A stretch of 64,000 nucleotides of DNA from assembly GCA_964586145.1 (NCBI GenBank), contig CAZPHH010000003.1, positions 2,068-66,067 of the forward strand. The letters run 5' to 3'. The notes under the pieces were generated by a model that had not been told where the DNA came from, did not search any database, and saw only the letters and a program-made list of their open reading frames with translations. Position 1 is the stretch's first letter. Each line of letters opens with the position of its first letter. Shown here piece by piece: positions 37,601 to 46,134 of the stretch. The position numbers and the translations under genes are program-made. The stretch comes from an uncultured Phycisphaeraceae bacterium. Its GTDB lineage: Bacteria; Planctomycetota; Phycisphaerae; UBA1845.

Positions 37601-39979
37601 CCCCACGTGTCTTCCGGCCGTATCGACGCGAAGGTTCGCGCCGGCGGAGACGGACCGCCCGCCGGGTTCGGAGACGGTGACGGCGACGGCGGCCTCCCAC
37701 AGGCCGGGCGGCGCGTCTTCCGGGGGCGCGAGTTCGAGGGTCGCGTGACCCTGTTCGTCCAGCGTGGCCTCGATTTGCGGGGCAGCCATGCGGGCACCGG
37801 CATGCGGGTCCGCAAACGTGTGGTCGGGGAACCGCTCGGACTGGAATGACACGCGGCGGAAGGTCCCGCCTGCGGTGACAGGGAGTCCCGCCGCCGGCTG
37901 GCCGAACAGGTATCGGGCGTTTGCCTCCACGGTGGGCGTCTGGCCGGGGGCGAACAGAGGCGCCGTGGGGACTGCGGTCACTTCCATGCGAACCGGCACG
38001 AAGGCTTCGATCAGGGCGCGGGTTTCGCCGAGCACCTCTTCCGCGCCCGGCAGGGTGACGGAGAATCGATACGCGCCAAGCTGCCCGTCGGGCAGGCTCA
38101 GATACTCCCCATGGAAGAAACCCTGCTGGTCGGGCTGTGATGCAATCGCGATTTCCTGCACGGCGCGACCGTCCGGCCGGGTGACCGTCAGGGTCATGGG
38201 GAACGCGGGCGGGACCTGACCGATGTCGTCGCGGATGAGCCCGGTGAGGTGGACCGGGTCGCCGGGCCGGTAGACGCCGCGCTCGGTGTACAGCAGGAGG
38301 TCGTACGTGCGCGGGTAGGGCCGGCCGGAATGGTCCATGTTGTCGAACACCCAGCGGTCACGCTCCGGAACGACGTAGTTCAGGTCGTCGCCGAGCCGGG
38401 CGGTGATCAGCCAGGGCTCGCCGTCGGGGTGATTGTCGGGGACGGCCAGCCGGGCGATTCCATCCGCGTCCGTCGTGGCGGCGCCGAGAGTCTGGTTGTT
38501 GTATGACCAGGCGGTGACTTCGGCCCCGGGGACGGGCCGGGCGGTCCGAAGCGAGGTGACCCAGGCGGTGACGCCGTCTCGTTCTCGTTTGGCGGTCAGC
38601 CCCAGGTCGGAGATGCAGATGATGGCGGTGTCGGCGGTCCACGTGCGGTCCGTGGCGCCGGCTCGGACGTAGTACACGCCGGGCTGATCCGGAAGCACCC
38701 GTTGCAGGTCGATGGCGGTCACCGTGGGTGTGTTGCGGGGCAGGTCAAGCGGGATGGTCAGCTCGTCCAGCTCTCGGGCCGTGGCTCGCGATCCTTCGCC
38801 GCGGACGTGGGCGACGAGGTTGTTCTCGTGGACGCGTTGCGTCTGGATCGCCACGCCGGCGACGTTCACCGCCTTCAGTTCCACCTCACGGTGGCCGTGG
38901 GGTGTGAGGATTCCTCGCCGCACAGGGAACCGCAGCCCGGGCCATCGATCGGGCACTTCAAACGCCACGCTTTGCGGCTCACCCAGGGTAGACCCGTCCA
39001 CGGCGACGGCCTCGGCCCCGACGGTGGCCGTATAGGTCTGCCCGGACTGAAACGGCCCCTCGATCCGGAGCGATCCCCAGAAGCCGCGGCGTGTTCGCAG
39101 GCCGGTGACGGGCGGGTCCGTCTGGACGGTCGGCAGGGCCTTCTCGCCGTGCAATGGGGATGAGAGATAGAGTTCCACGGTGACGTCCTGGTTGAGGGAG
39201 GGGCGGTCGACATCAGCGCGGAGCAGGGCGAACCGCGGGGTGACATCGAGATACCGGGTTTCGTCCCGACCGAGCGGGCGGTTGCCGCCGTGCCCGGTGA
39301 GGGCCGCGGCCAGGGTCAGGCGAATCCTGGCGGCGTCGTTCCGTGGGCATTGGACGAGGATGCGTTCGGCAGGTTCCGGCGTCAGGCTGACCGCCTCGAG
39401 CACGTTGCCGGAGGCGGGCTCGGATGGGGTCGGCCGGTCCTCGTCGGTGGCGGTGCGGATGCGCAGGTGGCGGAGCAGGTCGCCCGGGTTGACCGGCTGG
39501 TTGAACGTGAGTTCCAGGGTTAGATCGGATCGGTCCACGGAGAGGAGTTCGTGAGACACCAGTTGCAGGGGTCGCGTGGCAAACTCGAACGAGGAGGTCC
39601 CGACGAGCACACGGCCGGTCTGCGTTTCGGCGTCGGCAGCGGGTTTCACGACGTAGACCCGGCCGGGCGCCAGCGGCTTGTCCAGGCGATACTCCAGCCG
39701 GTCCGGCTGGGCCCAGACCCACTGCCCGTCCGGGGGCGGATCCACGACGAACGGTGAGCGGTCTGCCGGTCTGCCGACCATGCCGGCGTGTACGAGCGGC
39801 TCATCGAAGACAAGGGTGAGCCGGTCGGCGTCGTCAATGTTCCGCGTCGGCAGGGCGGCGAGGACGCGAAGCTTGGGCCGGTCCGTGCGGGTGGCCGCAA
39901 GATAGATGAAAACCAGTCCAACCGTGTTCAGGACGAGCAGGGCGGCAGCCAGGACTGTAAAGCGAGTGCGGGAAAGCAT
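34583..39979 (-). CDS. alpha-2-macroglobulin family protein (thioester-containing, membrane-anchored)
   Basis: The product is about 1798 aa from the ATG at 39979. The N-terminal anchor is FTVLAAALLVLNTVGLVFIYLAA. The thioester motif YPYGCLEQTTS places CLEQ at 35930-35941. It has the multi-MG-domain length typical of bacterial A2M and forms an operon with pbpC. Confidence 0.9.
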   Translation of the reverse strand: MLSRTRFTVLAAALLVLNTVGLVFIYLAATRTDRPKLRVLAALPTRNIDDADRLTLVFDEPLVHAGMVGRPADRSPFVVDPPPDGQWVWAQPDRLEYRLDKPLAPGRVYVVKPAADAETQTGRVLVGTSSFEFATRPLQLVSHELLSVDRSDLTLELTFNQPVNPGDLLRHLRIRTATDEDRPTPSEPASGNVLEAVSLTPEPAERILVQCPRNDAARIRLTLAAALTGHGGNRPLGRDETRYLDVTPRFALLRADVDRPSLNQDVTVELYLSSPLHGEKALPTVQTDPPVTGLRTRRGFWGSLRIEGPFQSGQTYTATVGAEAVAVDGSTLGEPQSVAFEVPDRWPGLRFPVRRGILTPHGHREVELKAVNVAGVAIQTQRVHENNLVAHVRGEGSRATARELDELTIPLDLPRNTPTVTAIDLQRVLPDQPGVYYVRAGATDRTWTADTAIICISDLGLTAKRERDGVTAWVTSLRTARPVPGAEVTAWSYNNQTLGAATTDADGIARLAVPDNHPDGEPWLITARLGDDLNYVVPERDRWVFDNMDHSGRPYPRTYDLLLYTERGVYRPGDPVHLTGLIRDDIGQVPPAFPMTLTVTRPDGRAVQEIAIASQPDQQGFFHGEYLSLPDGQLGAYRFSVTLPGAEEVLGETRALIEAFVPVRMEVTAVPTAPLFAPGQTPTVEANARYLFGQPAAGLPVTAGGTFRRVSFQSERFPDHTFADPHAGARMAAPQIEATLDEQGHATLELAPPEDAPPGLWEAAVAVTVSEPGGRSVSAGANLRVDTAGRHVGLRLPAGHLVPVDQDVAIGWTQVSHADEPAEPGALHYVLQRVEYESVLEQVSGRWVFKSVEDLTEVATGTVPAGPAAEGVLAVRCPTPGQYRLDVTDETSGSVTRLGFHAVRDAAAAVTVALDQPERAEVILDRDQYAPGSQARVLVRSPFPGTLWLTLETDRVLSTQVVDMTSNGIEVPLTVPETIRGGGFVTATIVRPLNPDEPQWLPHRAMGTARLTADHSAHKLPITIEAPAKARPGQSVQVIARISPPVDPQQPGHLHLWAVDEGILLTTAYETPDPLAWFLSPRTAGVWSADLFANLMPDYLRPADMTRIGGDGIAEESMRRSPVGVRHREPAVIWQTVVPLDADGTARADLKLPDLTGEMRIMGVAADHDFYGHAEHALTVTAPLLVESAWPRFAAPGDTFDVPVKLFNTSESPLTADVQISTPAGVLTVTEPQRPGVAVPPGGSSTIWFSATAGTLGAAEAQIQATATAVDGEALTATARADVAIRPAAPLVTVSQFLTVKPGDPVTLTPPETLRAETVRTAVSVGARPVVQLRPALQQLLDYPYGCLEQTTSRLFALLYAPDLFPMPDTPDRPEDITKALIQAGIFRLWSMQTRSGGFSYWPGDAHADAWASAYAGEFLLYASRRGFTVEPRFAGELCKYLESVLNDTGNDNIDANLRAMICHVLAGWDRPPRGWMTRLSEPNIQLDIAGRAHLAAAWLDAGRRDRAEQVLADDTLEQSIVATTGGRITSQVQQEAALLLVLLDLDTSHPWIVPLVQRLETARKDGHWGNTLETAGALAALARYQALSAEPADFRGTVSGPNVSMPFTDAEPFSLTWDRGQHPIQIASEGTGTIYVSVSYTGLAADDAVKPYDRQLTVRRKWLSGDGTPIDPAGVRAGDLIIVEVQLAAPNLDRHQTVDNVCIVDALPGGLEVENPRLVTSVRAEPSDEPSDVPDRVEFLDDRVLLFTSVGRDARTFRYSLRAVSAGSFVVPPIEASCMYDPGFASMHGAGKLVVGR

Positions 39980-40249
39980 GGGGTTCGACTCCGTGAACCG
40001 AGGGTGCATCCGTGCGGGGTGAGGTTGCGTCGTCTTATAGCACATCGTTACGCGCGAACACAAGAGGGAATGTCTCGCCAGACAGGAAATCACGCGGCGA
40101 ATCCATACCTGTTCTCCGGTTGGGTGAGAACCCGGCTGTTTGCGCATGGTTGACTCGCGGTGGACAACTTGGGTGCGGGTCGGGTATACGAATAGCCGGG
40201 CGCGGCTCCGGGTGACGGTAACACATCGACCGGCGAGAAGGTCTTCATC

Positions 40250-42376
40250 ATGCGTATCCGCTGGAAGTTGCTGCTTCTTCTTCTCACGACGGCCCTTGTG
40301 CCCATGGCGTTCCTGACCGTGTTCCAGAACCGGTCATGGGACCGGCTCGGGCATGAGCTGGGGTACCAGTCGCGTGCTACACTTGCCGAGCGAGCAGGCC
40401 AGCAGTTGCTCCAACTGGCACAGGATCACGCGCGATCGCTTCGGCGGGAGGTCCAGACTCTCAATTTGGCCGTTCGCACGCAGGCCAGGGAGGCCGGCCA
40501 TTGTCTGGCCCTGCCGCCGCCGTCCGAGCCGGCAGTCTACTGGGCGGAACAATACGATCAGGCGGATCCGGCCATTCCGGGGCTGGTGCGCTCCGAGCAG
40601 CACTTCCGGCATACACCGGACGGGAAGCGGGAGCCCGTGCTGATCTCCTTCGACGCGCAGGCATTCGTATTGGCGCCCGGGGTAGACCGTGCGGCGGTCC
40701 GGGAAGAGGTGACCCGCCTCAGCTCGATGGTGGACATCTTTCGATCCATTCGGGCCGGGCACGCGGAGTCCGTCTACTGGCAGTACACCGCCCTGGTCAG
40801 CGGCCTTCATTCGTCCTTTCCCGGGCACGGCGGGTATCCCGACGGGTTCGACCCGCGTCAGCGGGTGTGGTTCACCAACGCCCTCGCCGAAGGGAAGGTT
40901 ACGGGCAATCCGCCGTTCGTGGACACCACTACGGGAGAAGTCGTCTTCACGACTTCGGCTCCGATCATCGGCCGCGGTGGCGGACCCGTCGGGGTGACGG
41001 GTATCGACGTCAGCATGCTGGATATCATACGGGCTCTCAGCGTGCCCACGGCCTGGTCTGAAGATGCGGATGTCATGCTCCTATTGCCCGCCGCGGAGAT
41101 TTCTCCGGGGGATGAGCGCGTGATGATCGTCGCCCAGGGGAGCTACCTCGACGCGCGAGCGGAGCACGGCCAACCCATTGAGCGGGAATACCTTACGTCG
41201 GAGAACGCGTCGGAATTGCAGGCCCTGGCGGCGGATTTGTCTGCCGGCCGCTTCGGCCTGCGGCAGATGTCCCGGAAGGGCCGGGACTGCCTGTGGGCGT
41301 ACGCGCTGGCGGATCGGGGCGTGAGCGTCTGCCTGGTTGTCCCACACGACGACATCGTGGCGGAGGGGGCGGAGGCGCAGGACAGGGTCATTCAGCGGAC
41401 CCGCCGCCAGCTCGAGCTGGCAGGCGTCGTTTTCGGGGTGGCGGCGCTGGTGGTGCTGGCGGTGGCGTTGTGGGGCTCACGGTCGGTGACCCGCCCGATT
41501 GCGGAACTGGCGGACGTGGCGGAGCATATCGCGGTCGGGGATTTCAAGATCCGGGCGACGGTCCGCTCGCGTGATGAAATCGGTGACCTGGCCCGGACGG
41601 TGAACGAGATGCTGCCGCAGCTCGAAGACCGGATGAGACTGCGACACTCCCTGACGCTCGCCAAAGAGGTGCAGCAGGCGCTGCTGCCAAGCGCTCCGCC
41701 GCAGATCGAGGGCCTGGATGTCGCCGGCACGAGCCTCTACTGCGACGAAACGGGCGGGGACTACTACGATTTCGTGGAGCTCCGGCAAATCGGGCCGCGC
41801 TGCCTGGCAGTGGCCGTCGGCGACGTGACCGGGCACGGGATTGCCCCGGCCCTGCTCATGGCGTCGGCTCGGGCGCTGCTGCGCAGCCGGATCGGCCAGC
41901 CGGGCGGCCTCGGACCCATGCTGGGGGAGGTGAACCGGCAGGTTTATGCGGATTCCAGTCGGGGCCGGTTCATGACGCTGTTCCTGGGAGTGCTGGATGC
42001 GGACGCGCGAACGATCCGCTATGTCTGCGCGGGGCACGATCCGCCCATCACGTACGAGCCGGCCACGGGGCGGTTCGATGAGCTGGGGGGCGGCGGCCTG
42101 CCCCTGGGCATCACGGACGAGACGGAGTACGAGGAGTACCAGGCGTCGCTGTCGGCGGGGGAACGGGTCATCGTGATCGGCACGGACGGCATCTGGGAGG
42201 CCTCAAACGAGGCGGGCGAGATGTTCGGCAAGGACCGCCTGCGCGAGGTGCTGCGCAGCCATGCGACCCAGCCGGCCGAGGCCATCCGCCAGGCCATCAC
42301 CGACGCCGTGGTCGCCTTCCGCGGCCGTCAGCCCCAGGAGGATGACATCACGCTGGTGGTGATCAAGCTGCTGTAG
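40250..42376 (+). CDS. membrane sensor PP2C (SpoIIE-type) phosphatase with periplasmic Cache-like domain and HAMP linker
   Basis: An N-terminal TM helix is followed by an extracytoplasmic region of about 330 aa and a second TM helix. The HAMP segment is RPIAELADVAEHIAVGDFKIRATVRSRDEIGDLARTVNEM. PP2C/SpoIIE motifs: GGDYYDF, VGDVTGHGIAPALLMA, GTDGIWEA and DDITLVV. Confidence 0.85.
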   Translation: MRIRWKLLLLLLTTALVPMAFLTVFQNRSWDRLGHELGYQSRATLAERAGQQLLQLAQDHARSLRREVQTLNLAVRTQAREAGHCLALPPPSEPAVYWAEQYDQADPAIPGLVRSEQHFRHTPDGKREPVLISFDAQAFVLAPGVDRAAVREEVTRLSSMVDIFRSIRAGHAESVYWQYTALVSGLHSSFPGHGGYPDGFDPRQRVWFTNALAEGKVTGNPPFVDTTTGEVVFTTSAPIIGRGGGPVGVTGIDVSMLDIIRALSVPTAWSEDADVMLLLPAAEISPGDERVMIVAQGSYLDARAEHGQPIEREYLTSENASELQALAADLSAGRFGLRQMSRKGRDCLWAYALADRGVSVCLVVPHDDIVAEGAEAQDRVIQRTRRQLELAGVVFGVAALVVLAVALWGSRSVTRPIAELADVAEHIAVGDFKIRATVRSRDEIGDLARTVNEMLPQLEDRMRLRHSLTLAKEVQQALLPSAPPQIEGLDVAGTSLYCDETGGDYYDFVELRQIGPRCLAVAVGDVTGHGIAPALLMASARALLRSRIGQPGGLGPMLGEVNRQVYADSSRGRFMTLFLGVLDADARTIRYVCAGHDPPITYEPATGRFDELGGGGLPLGITDETEYEEYQASLSAGERVIVIGTDGIWEASNEAGEMFGKDRLREVLRSHATQPAEAIRQAITDAVVAFRGRQPQEDDITLVVIKLL

Positions 42377-42707
42377 GGCAAGGTGTGGCCTGCGCGCCCG
42401 TGCCCACTCGCAGATTCTCTGGCTGCAACGTGAGCGAGGCTCGCACGTCTGGGTCCACGCAGTCAGACCGCTTGGCCGGGCAGCGGTGCGGAACGGACAG
42501 AAGCCCCATGCCCCGTTCTTGCGACATCCCGTTTCCGAGTGTTTGAGTCTCCACCTGCCCGACTCCGAAAATGCGGCCGGCGGCGCCCCGGCACTCTTGC
42601 CGAGACGCCGCCGACAGCGCGCGTCAGGAGGAACTCGTGAGGTCACCTTCTTCTACCGCCGCCTCACCTGGCGGTTGCGGGCCATTCCGGAAGAGCCCGG
42701 GCCGCTT

Positions 42708-43394
42708 CTACCGAATCACGATGGTCCGCCGAACACCCTGTCGGACCACCTTCTTGACCACAGTCTCGGCGGGGCGAGGCGCCGGAGCGGGTGACACGCT
42801 CGCTGGAGACCGGCTGGAAAGCCGGTCCCACGAGGGAGGCGACTCGCTCGCCCGCGGGGCGCTTGCCACCACGATCGGAGTCCGCAGCACGCCCGGACGG
42901 GTGTTCGACTGCGTCTGCGAAACCACCGTGCCGCGCGGCCCGGTTGCTCCGCCGGTGGTCGCCACGGCCACTGGGCTGCGTCCGAAAGAACCCGGACGGG
43001 CCGATCCGCCGGCGTCCACGCTGCGGTTCGCATCACCATCGGCCACGGTTCGACCGACACTCGTCGCCACGCTGCCGTCCAGGCCGATGGCCATGTTCAG
43101 GGTGCCGGCCGCGGCGGCCCCGAATCGCGGGGCAACGGCGTAGCTGGTGGAGAGGCTCAAACCGTTCTCGTCGAATCCGAAACTCAGGCCTTGCGCGAAG
43201 TTGGTTCTTCCGCTGCGGGTATTCGTCTGGGCAAAACCGATTCCGTTGCCTTCGTAGCCCGCGGTGGCTGCCGCGGTGCCCGGCCCCCAGCGGTTGGACG
43301 AAGCGCTCGCCGAGCTGTTTGCCTCGCCGGCCAGGGCGGTCAGCCCCGGCATCAATCCCATCGTCAGACCCCAGATGATCGCGTTGCGTTTCAT
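42708..43394 (-). CDS. secreted Gly/Ala/Ser/Thr-rich hypothetical protein
   Basis: The ATG at 43394 is preceded by GAGGAG. The signal peptide is MKRNAIIWGLTMGLMPGLTALAGEA. The body is low-complexity and G/A/S/T-rich. The 3' part contains a REP-like element (42806-42831), so the native C-terminus is uncertain. Confidence 0.55.
   Translation of the reverse strand: MKRNAIIWGLTMGLMPGLTALAGEANSSASASSNRWGPGTAAATAGYEGNGIGFAQTNTRSGRTNFAQGLSFGFDENGLSLSTSYAVAPRFGAAAAGTLNMAIGLDGSVATSVGRTVADGDANRSVDAGGSARPGSFGRSPVAVATTGGATGPRGTVVSQTQSNTRPGVLRTPIVVASAPRASESPPSWDRLSSRSPASVSPAPAPRPAETVVKKVVRQGVRRTIVIR
42806..42831. repeat. REP-like hairpin element copy (inverse orientation)
   Basis: gagaccggctggaaagccggtcccac is the exact reverse complement of the gtgggaccggctttccagccggtctc units at 34443-34468 and 34532-34557. 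Confidence 0.85.
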
Positions 43395-43485
43395 GGCTTT
43401 TTCTCCTCAGTTCCCGCGGGCCGGAGGAATCCGGCCCGCGGGATCAATCAGATCTACCCAGTGTGCAGCTGGTCCCCTACCACAC

Positions 43486-44205
43486 CTAGCGTCGAATCTC
43501 GACCGCCGAGACACGAGTCGTCGCTCGACCCGCCCGATGGGCCACACCCACCGCTCGCACGTCCGCCCGGGCCGTCCGATACGGCCCGCTCACCGCCACA
43601 CCCAGTCCGTCGGACGTCGCCGAGCCGTAGACCGACCCGTCGCTGATCGCCCGGACCTGGCTGTGGGCGATTCCGCCGTATGCGTCCGCCAGCGAGTCAC
43701 TCGTGCTCACCGCTCGTCCGCCCATCCAGCCGCGAGAGATCGCGGCACTGTCGCTGATGGCGATGCCCTGAAAGCTCGTTGCGGTCGAACGCGACAGGCT
43801 TTCCGCCAACCCGCCCAGGCTGCCTTCGGAATACGCGTTGCTGTCACTCAGCGCCACGCCTCCGACGGTGGCAGCCACGCTCTGGCTTTCCGCGATCGCG
43901 CCGCCCCACCACGAGCCGCGAGCGGTCGCGTTGGAGTTGCTCACCGCAAGGCCGCGATCCGCGACGGCCACCGACGTGCTGCGAGCCGCTCCGATGCCCA
44001 ACCCCGTCGCGGTGGAGTTCGCCACGGCACGTCCGCCGTTGGTCGCGCCGGCATAGGCGTCGGACCTGCCGTTGCCGATCGCCACCGACGTCGAGGTGGC
44101 CGACCCTCCGTTGGTGGCCACCGAGGTGGCCCTTGCTTCGGCCGCGAGGGAGGCGGCCGTCATCGCCAGCATCATTCCCGTTGCTATGATTGGGACCCGT
44201 TTCAT
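43486..44205 (-). CDS. secreted repeat protein (imperfect 13-16-residue Ala/Ser/Gly repeats)
   Basis: The ATG at 44205 is preceded by AGGAGG with a 7-nt spacer. The signal peptide is MKRVPIIATGMMLAMTAASLAAEA. There are about 11 imperfect repeats of the type x-S-x-A-x-x-x-G-G-x-A-x-S-x-S, for example QSVAATVGGVALSDS, TATSFQGIAISDS and AAISRGWMGGRAVSTS. Confidence 0.6.
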   Translation of the reverse strand: MKRVPIIATGMMLAMTAASLAAEARATSVATNGGSATSTSVAIGNGRSDAYAGATNGGRAVANSTATGLGIGAARSTSVAVADRGLAVSNSNATARGSWWGGAIAESQSVAATVGGVALSDSNAYSEGSLGGLAESLSRSTATSFQGIAISDSAAISRGWMGGRAVSTSDSLADAYGGIAHSQVRAISDGSVYGSATSDGLGVAVSGPYRTARADVRAVGVAHRAGRATTRVSAVEIRR

Positions 44206-44628
44206 GGCTGCGCCTCCTGATTGAGTGTCCGCATTCACCCGCCCCGGCGTCCCACCGACTCCGGGGCTCCACCCTGATAGACCGCGGCGGGGCGAAATGG
44301 TTAGCAAGTGTGAAGAATATTCTGACGTGAAAAGTCCTTATATGTCAATCACAAATCTAAACGATTGAAATATAACAGGTTATGGCGACAGCGGCGGCTG
44401 ACTGGACGGGCGTATATTGGGCTGTATGCCGTTGTGCGCCCACCCTCACGTCTGCAAACCCGCGCTTGACCGCGCTGGCCTCGAAATCGAAGATCGTGCC
44501 GGTTCTCGCGGCGGACCGGGGGAGATTCGGAAGGAAGAGAGAGACGCGGCGAGCCGTTCTTCCTCTGCGGGCGAAATCGACCGCCCGGGCGGCACGCGGT
44601 CGAAGAGGCGCGTCGCTCGACAGACAGG

Positions 44629-45711
44629 TCAGAGCGCCACGCCCTGGCACGCGGAGCGCACCACCGCGTCCGGCACGTCGTCGCGCAGCACGGTGGCGCC
44701 CAGGCCGTTCGGCAGCGAAAACCGGACCCTGCCGCCGGCGACCTTCTTGTCACGCGACATGTAGCCCTGCAACTCCGCCTCCTTCAGCGGCGTCTCCAGC
44801 CGCACGGGCAGCCCGTAGGATTCAATGCAACGCACCACGCGGTCCGCATCCGTCGACGTCAGCAGGCCCAGGGCCGCCGCGATCCGGCACTCGGCCACCA
44901 TGCCCAGCGCTACACACTCGCCGTGCCGCAGGGCGAAGCCTCGGGCCGACTCGATCGCGTGCCCCACAGTGTGCCCGAAGTTCAGCGACGCACGCAGCGC
45001 CGTACGCTCCCGCTCGTCGCGCGAGACCACGTCCGACTTGATCCGCACGTTACGCTCCACCAGTTCCGTCAGCACGGCGAGATCCTGGGCCAGCACACGC
45101 TCCCGCTGCATTTCGTGCCACGAGAGGAACGGCTCGTCGGTGATCACCGCGTGCTTGATGGACTCGGCCAGACCGGCCACCAGGTCTCGCGGCGGCAGCG
45201 TCCGCAGGCACTCCGGATCAATCTGAACCAGCACCGGCTGATGGAACGCCCCGACCAGGTTCTTGCCCGCCCGATGGTTGACGGCCGTCTTGCCCCCGAT
45301 GGCCGCGTCCACATCCGCCTCCACCGTGGTCGGGCAGATGGCGAACGCCACGCCGCGCATCCAGGTCGCGGCCGCAAACCCGGTCAGATCGCTGACCATT
45401 CCGCCGCCCAGGGCGAGCAGTGCCCCGTCGCGAGCCAGCCGCATCTCCCCCAGCCGGTCGTAGACCCGTTCGGCCGAGGCGAGCGATTTCGTCGCGTCCC
45501 CAGGCGGCAGCACCAGCGCTTCGCTCTCCAGCCCCGCTTCGCCTAGGCTTGCCAACGCCGCCTCCGCGAACAGCCCGGCCACGGTCTCGTCGCTGACCAG
45601 AAGCACCTTGGTGGGGCGGGCCAGTTCCAGCAGCGACGGGCCGAGCTGCTGCAGGGCGCCGGGGCGGACTGTGACCCGCGTCCGGCTCGTGCTGAACGGA
45701 ATGTCGAACAT
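44629..45711 (-). CDS. aroB: 3-dehydroquinate synthase
   Basis: AroB motifs: LALGGGMVSDLTGFAAATWMRGV, TTVEADVDAAIGGKTAVN, GKNLVGAFHQP and LNFGHTVGHAIE. Confidence 0.9.
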   Translation of the reverse strand: MFDIPFSTSRTRVTVRPGALQQLGPSLLELARPTKVLLVSDETVAGLFAEAALASLGEAGLESEALVLPPGDATKSLASAERVYDRLGEMRLARDGALLALGGGMVSDLTGFAAATWMRGVAFAICPTTVEADVDAAIGGKTAVNHRAGKNLVGAFHQPVLVQIDPECLRTLPPRDLVAGLAESIKHAVITDEPFLSWHEMQRERVLAQDLAVLTELVERNVRIKSDVVSRDERERTALRASLNFGHTVGHAIESARGFALRHGECVALGMVAECRIAAALGLLTSTDADRVVRCIESYGLPVRLETPLKEAELQGYMSRDKKVAGGRVRFSLPNGLGATVLRDDVPDAVVRSACQGVAL

Positions 45712-46134
45712 GCTCACGTCGCGATCCTCCCTTTGGCGGCCATGATACCGGCGGGCGAGCCTCGCCGGAAACCCGTGTGGTCGCCGGGGTTGCATTGCGA
45801 TCCGCTCGTATGTAACGGGACCACAATATGTTGAGCGACAGCTTCCTACCAGCCGCCATCCCTGCCATCGCTGGCAAATTACTCGCGTTTGGTGTAAACT
45901 GGCAGGCTGTATGACTCGTATAAGAATGCAACGGAGGACTTGAGACCGTTACCCTGCCATACGTGAAATGGAGTGCCTGACGTAACCCGCGAGTCACCCG
46001 GGGTTTATAGCGGCTTCCCCGGTGGAATCTCACAGGGGTGAGAACCTCCTCCCGAACGCTAAGTTCAATCCTGGTAAAGAGTAGTAACGGTTTCTTCATT
46101 GACGCTGCCGCTTATCGGAGTTAGAATCCTGCCC

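Noticed and set aside
40337-40346. A left half-site of the REP-like element (gggaccggct) inside the sensor phosphatase gene.
   Set aside because: The complementary arm is absent. This is ordinary coding sequence (…SWDRLGHE…) and the match is most likely coincidental.
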